Assembly: GCF_902459465.1 (NCBI RefSeq)
Contig: NC_047062.1
Coordinates: 9,300,001-9,364,000 of the forward strand
Direction of reading: 5' to 3'
From: Asterias rubens
Taxonomy: Eukaryota
Length of the DNA: 64,000 nt
Made by a program: the position numbers and the translations under genes. Of this stretch, positions 1-12,764 are shown in pieces; position 1 is the first letter of the stretch, and every line of letters begins with the position of its first letter. Under the pieces are notes generated by a model, which had not been told where the DNA came from, searched no databases, and saw nothing but the letters and a program-made list of their open reading frames with translations.

Positions 1-15
1 CTTTCCTTTTTATAG

Positions 16-1700
16 ATCGCCTTGAACGAGCCATACATCTACCTGACCACCATCTCAATTACCTCTGGTCTATTCGCACTCTACGGTATCATCCTCTTCC
101 TGACTGCCTCGCTGGAACCCCTCAAATCTTACCGCATCAAACCCAAGTTTTTCATAGTGCAGATGGTGCTGATCCTCATCAGCACGCAGAACCTTGTCCT
201 GGCAGTACTCGCTGATATCGGTGTCATACCGTGTGTACCTCCCTTCAATTCAGACTCAAGGGCAAACTGTAAGTTCATCGATGATGATGTAGGATAATAT
301 AAAATGTTTATATTTTATAAGGGTGTCAGTTGTTTAAATCCAGTACTGACGTGGGCCGGGGCAGGGGCAGGGGAAGTGGTGAAAGCTGCCCGGAACCCTC
401 GGTTATTCCTTTGCCATCGCTAGCCCCATTCCAAATGAAATGTCTAAGTCACGCCACTGGGGAGAATTTGGAAAAGGTATTGAACTTGCACACTTTATGG
501 GATATGGGAAATGAGTTGGGGTGGAACCCCCCCCCCCCCCCCCCCCCCTCTTAGAAACCCTCTCTTGTCATCCCAAAATAAGCACATCTATTTGCCTCTG
601 CCCCTCCCTTCCACTGAAATGTCTATATAAGTCATGGGGGGTGGCGGGTGGCAAAATGTATCGAACCTGGACACTTGGACCAAACTGGAATGAAATACAA
701 AACACTTTTAAACTGGACGGAGGAATTAGAAAATTCAAAACTAGTTGACAAAATTCAAAGAGAAGACAGCAAGAGTATTAAAGGCAGTGGACCTATTGTT
801 ATTTATACTCAACATATTTTTTAGCATAAGCTTTACTTGGTGACGAGTAATTGGGAGAGGTTGGTAGTATAAAACATTGTGAGAAACGGCTCCTTCTGGA
901 GTTACGTAGTTTTCGAGAAGGAAGTAATTTTTCACGCATTTCGAGACCTCAGAATTAGAACTTGAGGTCTCGAAATCTGGCATCTAAAAGCACACAACTT
1001 CGTTTGACAAGAGTGAATTTTCTTTCATTATTATCTCGCAACTTCGACGACCGATTGAGCTCAAATTTTCACTAGTTTGTTATTTGTGCATAAGTTGAGA
1101 TACAGCAAGTGAGAAGACTGATCTTTGACTATTACCAATAGTGTCCAGTGTCTTTAATCATTATTCAATACAGCTTTATGATTTTCTTGTGAATATTTAG
1201 CTTGCATTTAAGAATATTGTTAACCTTCCTTACGCTTTTTATTTGCACAAGTATCTAAGTTCTACGGAGCATAAGACTCCGGGAAATAAAGATGTCATGT
1301 TTCGGCAAATGGAATTTGAACAGTATGAACAGAACGAAGCCGACTAAAAGGCTCGTTTGTTTCGGTCTCAAAGCCATACTTTATCCCCTTCCTTTTTATT
1401 TCAGATATTGGCGACATGCTGGTCGTAGTGGAGATGCTGTTCTTTGGCGTGCTCAGCCGAATGTACTTCCGAGGTCGCTTCGGAAACATGGACATCGTAG
1501 ACGAGAGCGCCCCCGTCGGTGGACGACTGGCCATGTTTGGGCAGTATTCTGTCGTTACTATGGAAACAGAAGGACAGAAAGGCACCGAAATGCAGAAGAC
1601 ACCACCGGAGAATGAAAGTGATTCCAGTCGTAATAACAATGGACTTATCAAAGAAAAGGAGATGAATGAGCTGAACCACAAGACTGCCAGTGAAGTGTAG
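16..1700 (+). CDS. SLC51A: Organic solute transporter alpha-like (Solute_trans_a family), paralogue 1; last two coding exons only, gene starts before the window
   Basis: Exon 16-268 (acceptor ttttatag, donor gtaag, 253 nt) encodes YIYLTTISITSGLFALYGIILF...RIKPKFFIVQMVLILISTQNLVLAVLADIGVIPCVPPF. Exon 1405-1700 (acceptor tttcag, matching phase) encodes YIGDMLVVVEMLFFGVLSRMYFR...stop. This resembles the OSTalpha C-terminal TM region (KF..Q..LI...Q..I...LA..G.I.C.PP; ...RMYYR). Exon length and phase equal those of paralogue 2 exon 20743-20995. Confidence 0.85.
521..548. repeat. Poly-C tract (poly-G on minus strand) in the intron
   Basis: Uninterrupted run of more than 20 C directly visible; source of the poly-Pro artefact ORFs. 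Confidence 0.9.
778..1157. mobile_element. TTAA-flanked MITE (Kolobok/T2-like non-autonomous DNA transposon), intronic
   Basis: TTAA|AGGCAGTGGAC ... GTCCAGTGTCT|TTAA termini, internal stem TTTCGAGACCTCA...TGAGGTCTCGAAA, same body repeated many times in the window. Superfamily inferred from the TTAA target and AG..CT termini. Confidence 0.8.
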
Positions 1701-2269
1701 ATGTATGACACATTTTATGTTGATCTACAAATTTGCACTAGCATGCAATTTGTCGTCACACCCAAGTAGTTTGAACAATTTTTTTTGTGACAATCCTTAT
1801 TACCTTTAAATGCACGTCCTAATTTTTGTTTAATCCAATAAGATCGTATAAAATTTTAACAGAAATTCAACGAAGAAAAACCAGCCTGTGGTATGTGTTA
1901 ATAGAGTTGTTATAAATACTAAGCAAACTTGCTCGTGTTGCTTTTAGTTCACTAACTGTAAACTTACTATCCGGAAGGTGCACGTGTCGCTTTAACCTAT
2001 CTGAATAAGTAACGTACAAATAATTTAAAATTTCCACTTATTCCTGTTTGGGTAATATTTACAAAGAAGTATTTAGGCATGGAAACAGATGGGGGTGAAC
2101 TTTCCATAGGGCTTTCATTTTCCCCCATCATCGGTGGAGGTAGCCCTGGTGGCCTTTCAATGTCGTCTTATGCTATATTATGTGTAACAGCGCAGAGGAA
2201 GAATCCTATATACATGTGTAGGGCTAGGGTTTTTAACAAAAACGTGACAAGTGTTTCTACACCAGCGTT

Positions 2270-2930
2270 GCTAGACTCGAAATCGGTGTCTCCCTCTGCG
2301 GTCCAGCTACGGTCTTGACACTGCTGCATCACTGCGCTTGAAGTTGTGTGTTGTAGGCAACAAATCTGTATCCCTCTTTCACCAGCGGTGTCGGTCTTTT
2401 TAAACACTGCTTGAAGTCGGTGTTAAGGGTTGCGAAATCAGTTTACCCTTCTCTCTCGGTGTCCGTATTCTTGACACTGCATGTAACACCGCTTGAGGTC
2501 GGTGTAACAGGTTTAGAAGCCGGTGTCTCCTACTATATCAGTGTTGTGTCTCATATCCAGTGCTCAGTCTTCTTGACACTTCTGTAACACTGCTTGACGT
2601 CAGTGTTAAGGGACTCGACAGTGTGTCTCATATCCAGTGCTCAGTCTTCTTGACACTTCTGTAACACTGCTTGACGTCAGTGTTAAGGGACTCGACAGTG
2701 TGTCTCATATCCAGTGCTCAGTCTTCTTGACACTTCTGTAACACTGCTTGACGTCAGTGTTAAGGGACTCGACAGTGTGTCTCATATCTAGTGCTAAGTC
2801 TTCTTGACACTGCTGTAACATTGCTTGAAGTCAGTGTTAAGGGACTCGACAGTGTGTCTCATATCTAGTGCTAAGTCTTCTTGACACTGCTGTAACATTG
2901 CTTGAAGTCAGTGTTAAGGCACTCGAAACC
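2270..2930. repeat. 77-bp minisatellite (about 5 near-identical units at 2545-2930, degenerate units upstream)
   Basis: Unit tgtgtctcatatccagtgctcagtcttcttgacacttctgtaacactgcttgacgtcagtgttaagggactcgacag starts at 2545, 2622, 2699, 2776, 2853. Confidence 0.92.
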
Positions 2931-3648
2931 GGCGTCTTCTTTTAGTATACCTCGGTGTCTGCCTTCCACACTGTGACAATGTTCGAAATAGAGACACATA
3001 TTATGAATGAAGAGTCTTATATTGAACAATTTTGGAGACTTTACAGTATTTGTTTTCTTAGTGATGTTTTTTCAGAAGTCGATACCTCTTTTATTATGCA
3101 ACCGTTTATAATATTGTTATAATAATAAAGCCTATAGTAGAGTCAGTTGATAATAACGTTTATAATGTCAGCCTAAACATTTGTAAATATTCAAGATATA
3201 GAAATAGGGTAAAACTATAATGAAATAATCTACTCAGAATATTGTACAAAAAGGGAGATATGTTTCAACAGTTTATTGGACAGAATACAGGTTTATTTAA
3301 AAAAAAATATATACTTAAAAAGTAGATTTCATATATTTCATATTTCATATGTAACATATTTTGTACAATTGTTATGGTAATAAATTCAGTAAAAATGTTC
3401 ATGGCTGTGTTCTGGATCTGTTGCAAATTGTGGCCGAAGCCCGTGGGGAAAAGTCAAGTTATTATTTCAGACGTTCTCATAAATACAACCCTCTGTTGAT
3501 TGTTGTGTTGATGATTTTAAGAGGTTTGTGCTAGCTTCTAGAGCCCAACAGTTGATATAAGATGTTTCTTCAGATAAAGAAAACAAAGATGTCGTGTCCT
3601 TGGTAAATGAATCTTTAATAAAGCTGTTAAGAAAAGAGAATGAAGCAG

Positions 3649-3823
3649 TTAAAGGCACTGCACACTTTTAATAATTACAAAAATTATGTAATTGTTATCA
3701 TGAAAACTTCTGGTAACGAGTAGACCAAGTGAGGCTAACAATTCAAAGATTTGTAATGCATAATGTTAGGTTACACCAAAGTGAGAATCCATAACAATTA
3801 CCCAAGTTGTCCATTACCTTTAA
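3649..3823. mobile_element. Short TTAA-flanked MITE
   Basis: ttaaaggcactgcacac ... gtccattacctttaa; termini related to the main family, internally deleted or diverged. Confidence 0.55.
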
Positions 3824-5599
3824 GATGCATGGGTTACGAATCGTAACAGTTGTTGTGCCTTTTGAAACAGAGAGCGTCCAGTATGTCACTATGCCGACTC
3901 CACCTCTCACACACCCCATTCATTTACCCCAGATTTGTGTTGTTGGTTAGTGTATCAGTTTGTTTGTTTTGTCACTCCTTTTCCTCCACATAATGATAAT
4001 AATAGCTTGGGCAAAATGATTTCAACTTTTAAGAAAACATCTAGAAATTCAAATTATTTCAAATTATTTCGTAATCGTAGCCTCAATCGTAGAGATCAAA
4101 ATAAAAAATAAAAACGATGGCAGCTCGAGCCTTCAATCTGCCGGATGGTTGTACGGTTCATTTCAAGGATCGTCTATGTTTAACAGTATCAACAAATGAA
4201 AGACATCGTCACTCAATACATCAGTTTATGAATACAACTTCCGCAGTTAAGATATATCAAGAACTAGATGAAAATAAATATGACACTTCAGAGAGATATA
4301 TTTTGTATGCAGAGCTCGATAGAGGCAATGGTCCCTAGAGACATGTGCACTTGCACTGAGACAAAGGTTAACAATTTACAATCACGTTTGTGTTTAACCA
4401 CATATCAATGGTCTGAACCGCAAAACTGGTTGAAGCTGATGTGGTATTTTGCTCTCGAACAATCAAGCCAAACAATGCAGTCTCATCAAAGAGATATAGA
4501 AGACCTCCATGTCTGATGTACATTCAAATTTCTAAACGTAAAATTTAAATAAATCAATACATCCACACGTGTACCGCGCCGGTCTGATTAGTTAGTTCAA
4601 TGCTTTCATTCGTGTACATTTTTTCACATCACTAGTTTTCAATGTAAGCTTTTATTATTAAGAACACAGGTGGCACAGTGTGAGTGCCAGTTTAGGAATG
4701 CGATGCTTTTGTTTTAAGTTCGTCCAAGGGCTAATGATGGAGTTGTGCAGGCGCCATGTAAACATTGAGGTCAGTTTGTACACGTACCTGACCCTAACAC
4801 AAAAACATGAACATAAATGCGCGGTTTTGGCATCATGGTCGTTTCAGTTACCAACAATAGTTAAACAATGAGCAAGAATTTAGGTCCATTCTTTAGGTTC
4901 AACCAATTAATTAAAAAGGGCTACATAAAACTTGGATGTTTGTTTTGCCTCGATGCCGTCGATATAAATAAACGTATGACGTAACTTGTTTAGGCTATAG
5001 GCTATTACATGTACATACACATGTACGTATACAGTTATGTATACACAGCTGACGTTGAACTGCTGTGTGGAGTTATCATAATTTGATTGGTCTGAAATTT
5101 TGCTAATGCATATTCATGAAAACCCCGGCTCTTTCATCCACACCCGACAGCAAGGCCACCCAGACTGTCAATCAACGAAACATGTGTTTGTAAAAGGGTT
5201 GTGCACATCAGACTCAGAGACTGATAAATAGGATTGCTAAAGTTTTACTCATTTACCGATAAATCAAGCCCATAATGACACTGTGCAAATAGATCTTGTT
5301 GGTGACGTTAGAGCCCTCTGCTTGGCCAACTGATAGGAACTTTCACAGAAAGGTACACACACACGGGATCGAGAAAATGGCAACTGGGACCCAATGCTCA
5401 ACTGTTACCATAACGCAGTGACGGCCATATGCAGTGACGGACATTCATTGAAAGTTCGAGGTGAGTCAACACATGCTGTTTACACATTTTGAAAAATGGC
5501 GGATTAAGTTTTCAGCTTGAAATTCATCCCGTAGGAGATGAACATTCCGAGCAGATGATGAATCAATATTGAATTGGTTTGTTCGATTATCCACACTGT

Positions 5600-7590
5600 T
5601 TCAGCTTTGGATGTTTGGTTATCTGTTTAACATTGTATGTGACACTTCCTCCACGGTGACACCGTGGAGGAAGGAAGAGTCTATTTTCCTTTGGGGTCAC
5701 TGAGATTAGTTGTATACTTTTAGTATGAAATGGGGGTTCCATTATAGGATTGTCATTAAAATCGTGTCTTTGTTTGAGTCTCCTTTTTGTTGAGGAGAGG
5801 GTATTGTTCAAGTATCCTTTGTGTTTTCATGGAGGAATTTTGTACAGGGTGTTGCTGATGCATTCTTCAAATACTCACTAGATCCACGTTCTCAAGTTTA
5901 AGTATCCATGGAAATCAGGGAGCTTGTGGACAAATAATACCGTTGTTAGATGGAGAAGCATTTTAGTCCGCTGGCTCTTTTTCCCAATATAAGTCGAGTG
6001 TTTCATTGAATGAAATTGATACTCGTTGAGGAAACAGCTTGTAATGATCTGTGTTGCAGAAGTCAAACCTTTTTATTCATAACACAGATCATACAGAAAG
6101 GGATGTACATTTTAGCATTTCTTGTCCCATTTTTAAGTTGCTATTAACTGTTTTAGTTGCTTTTTTAGTTGCTATTATTATTAATTAACAAAGTCTGAGA
6201 CCAAGACAAAGACCTACATGGCCATGCATGGGGAGACAGACTGAGACAGATTCGAAGGGGCTATACACTGTGGTTGTTTTGTGCATTTTTCTTCATCCAA
6301 TGTTACTGTGGCTTATGATGCAGTTCGTGGTTGCGTGTTTATTGCCTTGCCTTCTTGACAACAACACAAATGAACCTATAATAAAACACAAATGTTGGAA
6401 TTATGTTTGTGATTTGGTAATTTTTGCCGAGTGATAGTTGAATAGTCACACATTACACATGCTCAGTAAGCCAATACAAGGCTACGGATCCCTAATCACT
6501 AGCAAAGACCCTCATTTGCGACGCCACTCGTTGTCCCAAGTAGCCGTTGCCAATCGCACGGAATACATGTTGTTGTTTTATACGAATGCCGAATAATTAG
6601 CCATGAGCCATCCAACAAATAAGCATATCCATTTTCATGGGTGTAGAAGTGTTCTTTTGGCTTTAGACAACAAAAATATATTTTCCGTTAATATTTTTAA
6701 TGACACTTCGATGGGTTTTTGCAGTATTGTACTGTGATCAGAGGTGCCAAATGTTGTATCAGTTTGCGGCATTACTTGCAGAGATATCGGAATTTAGGGG
6801 AATACTTCTTAAAATGAAGTAATTCGGGCAGGTAAAAAAAATAGTGCGGACTGGAGTGTCTGCTGGGTATAATACTAGAGCAGTTTAAGGCGCTGAGCAC
6901 CAACGGTATATTGCTCAAAATAATTGTAAGCAGCTGAAAGCACACAAAGTAATGCAACAATGTTTTTTTCTTTCATTATTCTCTTGCAAATTCGATGACC
7001 GATTCAGCAAAAAGATTCACATGTTTGTTATTTTATGCCTATGTTGAGATACACCAAGTGAAAAAAATTGTCTTTGACAATAACCAAACGTGTTTAGTTT
7101 CTTTAAGGAAGGGTGGGGGTGGGCTCAGGAAATCGCTCTGGTATTTTCTGGACGAGTCCATACCTTCTTCTTCTAGACTGGAAGAAAGATAAACAGATTT
7201 ATGCAACTTGCATTTAGTATGGTCAAGGGTGACTCCACCTTGTGGATCAAACACTTCAACTGCATAGATTAGATACAACACAGGCTCAGTTTGATCACGG
7301 CAACCAAATAGCAATATAATGGCTGTGTGTTTGAACATCTTCTTGAACTCCCAGCTCGTGTTTTTATTGGGGTTGTTAGACAAACAAGGCTTTAGATGAT
7401 GAATAAAATTACACTCTCATAAGTTAGACACTTTACCATAATTGCTTTTGTCCCTCAGAGTGGATATTAATCCGTATGTGTCTCGTCCTGGGATTGATAG
7501 TGCATAATAACATAACCCATTGTTGATTCCTCATGCAGGCTTGTGATCAGTGATTAAGTTCACAAGCCACAGTACTTCACTTTCATTACC
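5600..7590 (-). pseudogene. Possible highly decayed piggyBac-like transposase relic
   Basis: Minus-strand translation across frameshifts gives TYESVILF/HHLKPCLSNNPNKNTSWEFKKMF, resembling the piggyBac 'DESMIPFKGR..LKQY.PNKP.KWG.K.F' block. Weaker similarity near 5900-6060 (YIGKKSQRTKMLLHL). Interrupted by a MITE fragment at about 6930-7106. Judged by eye only. Confidence 0.3.
6930..7106. mobile_element. Partial copy of the TTAA MITE family
   Basis: ctgaaagcacaca...gttgagatacaccaagtga...gtttagtttctttaa matches the 3' half of the copy at 778-1157. Confidence 0.7.
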
Positions 7591-9254
7591 AGAAATATAC
7601 AACAACAATAATCTTTTAAAATGTTGCATTTTATCAATTACTTGAAGTGATCACACAATGTTATAAAGTTTTATGCGTGACGTATCATAATTGTATCCCT
7701 TTGTGGAATATTTCTGAGTCAGTTTTATTTAAAATCCTTGTAACTTACCCGGCGTTCAACATTCGTTCAAATGTCATCAAGACATTCAAAATCGTCCGTT
7801 TCCCCCAATCCGCTCAAAAGTTTCTTTTTATCTGCTCGTGCGTTCATTTGCATTCATTTTTAGTGAATGTTAAACTTATTAAAATTGAATTACTTCATTT
7901 GACTGTTGAATGATGATTCAACGGAGCATTAACTTTCCCAAAAAAAATTGAATGGGATGGTTTTAAAATGAATTAGCCTTTTTGAGGTATGGTGGACACT
8001 ATGTTCACCGTGTTATTTGGGTGTATGCAGACGAATCTCGTATTATCTTAAAAAGGCTTACGGGTTTTTGTTCAAATATGCCAGGAAAATCGGTAGTAAA
8101 CTGTTATAACCGTTTGACACGTGGTTTGATACTGAGGTAAAGTTTCTGCATCCACGTTCCTCCAATCTTACCAACTCACCTTGAAAACTTATACCCACGT
8201 CTTTGCGTTTCATCGCACTCTCAATTTCACTGTTGGTTTTTGTTTACGGACGACATACCTATTTGGTTTAGTTTTCTAAACAAGCCTCCACAACAAGGTC
8301 TTTCAAAACATGACCCGAAGGAAAAAGGCATAGGCCCAATAATAAAACACTTAGACCGTAGCATGAAGACATAATTTTGAGCATTGGATGATAACAAAAA
8401 GAATGTTACGACTTTTAGGTCAAACGCCGAATTTGGTTGGAGTTCATGACGGAGTCAATCAAGAGAAATGTATTTTTGCATCTATCATTGCCGAGTTATG
8501 CCTCAGTGATTTTAATTTTTTACAGGACTCGGGGAGGTACTGGGTATATGGTGCTCACTCACATCAGTGTAAGGAGAAAAAACAAACACACAAAATTAAT
8601 ATCGTTGAGAAAGTTGTGTGAAGAATTAAAGAAAACTCTTCGAGAAATACTGTGGTATTGGGTGGAAATGTCACACCGTTAGCTATTTGTTTGCATTTGA
8701 ATTGATCGTTTTACCTCTTCACTGCTGAGATACAACACACGCTTATTCAAAACTAAACAAAAGAAGTGTATTCAGAATGCAGTCAAGTATTATTCGGCTT
8801 TTTTGTTTTGTACAGGACATTTTTCTCGACAGCTATTGTTTAGGTAGAAAGATAGTTGAGAAAATTGACTACACAAAAATGAAACACCCACAAATTCTAC
8901 CAGCCCTTCGGCACTGCCTGTCGCTACGTTACAGCCCATTGTGAAACCGTAATTCAATAATGTAATTTGAGACACTGTTGTATTCTATTCTTGTTTTGCA
9001 AGGTTGTTAACAATGTCATGACCTGTCACACTGTTTCCTAATTTTCCACAAGTAGGTGCTGGCAATCATTTGATATTTTGATAACCTACATTGTGCAGAC
9101 AATAGGCTTCCATTTCGTTCTTTTAGTTGACATTGTATGAGAGTATAAAATGAATCTTCACTACCGTTTGGCATTCATGGAGGTTTCCTTCCTCCATGCT
9201 GTATTATGGTTTCACCATGGTGGTTCATTGCTCCATTACAGCATTGCTTCTTGT

Positions 9255-9480
9255 TAAAGGCACTGAACATTAGTGGTAATTATTACAAATAATTGTGAGC
9301 ATAAAAACTTGATGGGTAATGACTTTAGAGTAAGGACAGAGAAATGAGCAATTGGGAACAGTGAGAAACGGCTCCCTCTGAATAACATAGTTCTAGAGGT
9401 TATTTCTCAAAAGACTTCTAAAGCGCTTTTATTTATAGGCATCTGAAAGCACACAAATTTCACCAACATGTCATTTCGTC
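9255..9480. mobile_element. Partial copy of the TTAA MITE family
   Basis: ttaaaggcactgaacattagtggtaatt...gtgagaaacggctccctctgaa...ggcatctgaaagcacacaa. Confidence 0.7.
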
Positions 9481-11666
9481 ATAATTATAGATTATAGCAT
9501 CCAGGGGTAGAAACGTTTTGGAGTTCCGGGTGTGTGTTTGGCGGGAGGTCTTCAATAAACGGTTTTATGAATGATTGATTTATAAAAGATAACGGCCAAC
9601 CACCACTGGTTTTTATGATGGCAACTCACAGCATAAAACAATAATCAGACACCCTCTCGACAGGTGTGAACCGGGCCATTGTTTAATTAAACAACATTTG
9701 TTTATTTCTTTTGGACATTGATGAGGTTAATGGGTCAAAGAGGTGGCCTAAATATTTACAACTTTGTGTTTGTTTTTCGTACACTCAATTACAAACACGT
9801 GTGTCAGATATTGTTCAATATCTTTTCTGACAGCTATTTTAGATGTCTTTTTTTCTTCTGGTTGTTCGGCATAATATCAAAAGCGGTGATTTAAACGCAC
9901 AGAGGGGCCCATATGGTAAGTTTTGAGCAAGATTCGAGAGTTGGGCCACTTCTGTTTATCCTAACTTTTAAACTGATGAGTGATCTTCAGGTTCATCCAG
10001 GGTAGGATGTACAGCCATCCTCATTAACATGCAATTCGTTTCTATTCATTGCTGTTCTTGTTCATTACTGCATAAGATCTTATGTCATCTCTCCATTTTC
10101 TTCTAATTCTTTGTCTACCTATTCAGCCTTGTCCATGTCCTTGGTTGCCATGCTGTTTTTGTGCATACTGTTCCTGCATAAGATCTCATGACAATTTCCT
10201 CGGCATTATCGAAAGCGGTCCTACACTATATATAATCACGCAGAGAGGGGCCACTTTACAGTAAAGTAAACATGTGCCTAGATGTAGCCCGGACCTAAAT
10301 GTAGCCCCAACCATGTACCTTTTGAGGCTACATTTAGGTCAGGCTACATTTAGGGCTGGGGCTACATTTAGGTGCCGCATCATCCCTCCATCTTCTTCTC
10401 CTTTTCCCCGTTCTTGGTTGCCACTCCATTAGTCTAGTTGTGCTTACAAGATAGACATCGTTAGGTAGGAACCGTACGCGTTTGCCACTGTGTGGTGTAC
10501 CCTATAATGTTTTAAAATGAAAGATGAAAGAAAGGGGATCATAGACAACACCTGTATGGGCAAACCCAACTGTCGCTATTTCATCTTAATGTTATTCTGT
10601 TGTCTGTTCTTCAAGCAGCGTGTCCAGTCCACCTACTATCCTGTTTTACTGCTGTTTTCTTTAATAATTTCGGCACATATGGCCCCGTCTCTGATTTGGA
10701 TGTGAAACATCTGCCAGACTTGGAAGTGAAACTCAATATAGACTGATCATTTATATATCTTAAATGTTGCCACCATTCTGTCAAGTTTCCTTCATGCATA
10801 CATAACATACAAACGGAACACTGATTCTTATGCTGTGACCATGGGTTGTTACAAACATGCACCACAGTAAATGGTACTCAGTTGGTTGACACTGACTTTA
10901 CAAAATACGACTTGATATTACAAATGTATCGGGGAAAATAGATAAGACATTGCACGTGGGAAGTTTACCCAATCCTTTGTAGGCCCATCGAATATCTCGT
11001 GCTTCCACCATGCGTCAGTTTAACCCATTTCAGGGTCATTTTGACACACACTCCGGGTCTAAAGCCCTTATCGCACTATAGTTGTTTCTCGGGAAACTCC
11101 CGGGAACTTTTGGTGAATCTTTTCACACAACAACAAAAACCTCCCGGGAATTTCCGGGAAATAATTAACCCTGCTCATGCTGGGGTAGCGTTAAGGGAGT
11201 TAACCACGCGGTAAAACGTTTTTTCCCTGTGAAAAGGCAGCTAGTGAGAACAAAAGCGGGTATACTTACCTTGACTTTGCGTCCACTGTGTTGAGACATC
11301 CGCATTTTTACTATATTTCCTGGGGTTCGCGATCGGAAGTCTGAAACGACTGGGATATTCCTGGGAATAGTACTCTTTAGCCCTTTTCACACTACAGAGC
11401 CATTTCCCGGGAAATAAACTCCCGGGAAAATCCCGGGAGTTGTAACCCCACCGCCACCCCAGCAACCGTTCTCACTATCCCAATTTGATAACTCCCGGGA
11501 GTACTATTTCCCAGGAATATGCACGGTCGTTTCACACTTACGATCAAACCCCAGGAAATGTGGTAAACAGGTCAGCCCATGCGGAAGTTACCAATGTTTG
11601 TGGACGGAAGTCCGTTCCACAATGCCACACGGCCGGCTGCAAAATCCTTGCCACATGCGACCCAAA

Positions 11667-11940
11667 ATGGCTGCACATGTGTATTTGCGTGTTGTTGTAC
11701 CAATATTTCTGTGATTACGGCGGAGAAGAAGTCTTGCAGTTCGGGGAAGACGTCGCTGACGGCTTGTCAGGAACACGATTGTTGTGACAGTGTTTTAAAG
11801 ACATGCGGTATAACAATCGGATGGAATTTGTCGTGCGATTGACGGGTTTCATAGCACTTGCTGGAAGAATTGGTCAAAGGTCAATCTGGTGTACCAAGAA
11901 GAGCGATCACTGGTGGGAGCAAGTTGCTATTAGAAAATGC
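11667..11940 (+). pseudogene. Putative Harbinger transposase N-terminal relic
   Basis: caaaATGGCT start followed by an Arg-rich stretch with stops (LRRRRSLAVRGRRR), then RSIWCTKKSDHWWEQVA, resembling the 'R..W...RS..WW..V' motif of PIF/Harbinger transposase N-termini. No catalytic DDE region remains. Confidence 0.4.
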
Positions 11941-12543
11941 GGAAGGGAGCTCTCTACTCTGCGACAGCTTTTTTTTCTTTTGAGAACTGTAATTAAATGG
12001 ACTTTTGTGTACGTGTTTTACCCAGAGGTTTTGTGTTGGCATTCATCTCAATTTTTGCCTGTTCACACTATAGTTATTTCCCGGGAAATTCCCGGGAACT
12101 TTTGGTTGATCTGTTCACACTACAAAAATACTCCCGGGAATTTCCCGGGAAATGACTTTTTTTCCCAGGAAATACTTAACCTTGCTCAGGGGCAGGGTTA
12201 AGGGATTCAACCCTGGGGTAAGGCCTAGTAATTTTCTGAATGGCATTTTCGAAGGATTGCATAATAATGTCCATGATGTTAGGGCCAAGGTAATTAAAGG
12301 TTTTATAGAAAAAATACCGCATGGTCGATTATGCGCAATCTGACAACAGCAGTAGAAAGAAAAAGAAGCAATCTTCCCTTCTAACATCAACAGTGCTGTT
12401 TTCCCATTGTGCGCAAAGAAAGAACACTGAATAGGCTTTAACCCTATATTGGCTAGCATTTTTCATGGCTTCAAAAGACTTTTAAATGTATGTTTTCTTC
12501 TTTTAAAATTTTTGTTTTGCAGGAGAACACTTGAAAAACAAAA

Positions 12544-12764
12544 CTAGTATCCTACCGACCTATAGTCTTTTTTCCCAAGGTTTTCAGTTTTTTTCTGCAA
12601 TGGGCAGGGGTCCGTTCATATCCAGCACGCAGGCAGTCAGCCAATTTTGAGAAAACTTTCCCGTTTCTTGTCGTCCCATCAAGTTGTTTTTGTACTTCAT
12701 CATCGACCCAAAGAGCAACTAGTTTCGATATTTCATCGTCACTTCATCGGTCACTTTTACCCAT
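12544..12764 (-). pseudogene. Myb/SANT-like (trihelix, Myb_DNA-bind_4-type) DNA-binding domain relic; Harbinger accessory gene
   Basis: Manual translation: MGKSDR*SDDEISKLVALWVDDEVQKQLDGTTRNGKVFSKLADCLRAGYERTPAHCRKKLKTLGKKDYRSVGY*. Fits W(S/T).EE...L...W....VQ.QLDG..RN..V...A......GY.RT..QC..K.K.L...Y. The first Trp codon appears as TGA, so the ORF track misses it. Confidence 0.75.

Noticed and set aside
330-748. Proline-rich ORFs 330-554 and 521-748
   Set aside because: Artefacts of an intronic poly-C tract.
1292-1711. Alternative-frame and antisense ORFs over the SLC51A-like last exon (likewise 21486-21727, 43748-44149, 45205-45507, 62546-62746)
   Set aside because: Shadows of real exons with no independent motifs.
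2545-2930. Regular repeat array considered as CRISPR
   Set aside because: The whole 77-bp unit repeats with no unique spacers; it is a minisatellite.
10082-10264. Cys-rich ORF (PCPCPWLPCCFC) resembling the OSTalpha cysteine cluster, possibly a third paralogue
   Set aside because: No flanking OSTalpha residues or partner exons; its tccttggttgccatg core recurs in non-coding context (about 10410, 55005).
10999-12459. Several 60-130 aa ORFs in the 11-12.5 kb region as host genes
   Set aside because: They mostly translate CCCGGG-rich inverted-repeat modules of the Harbinger relic.
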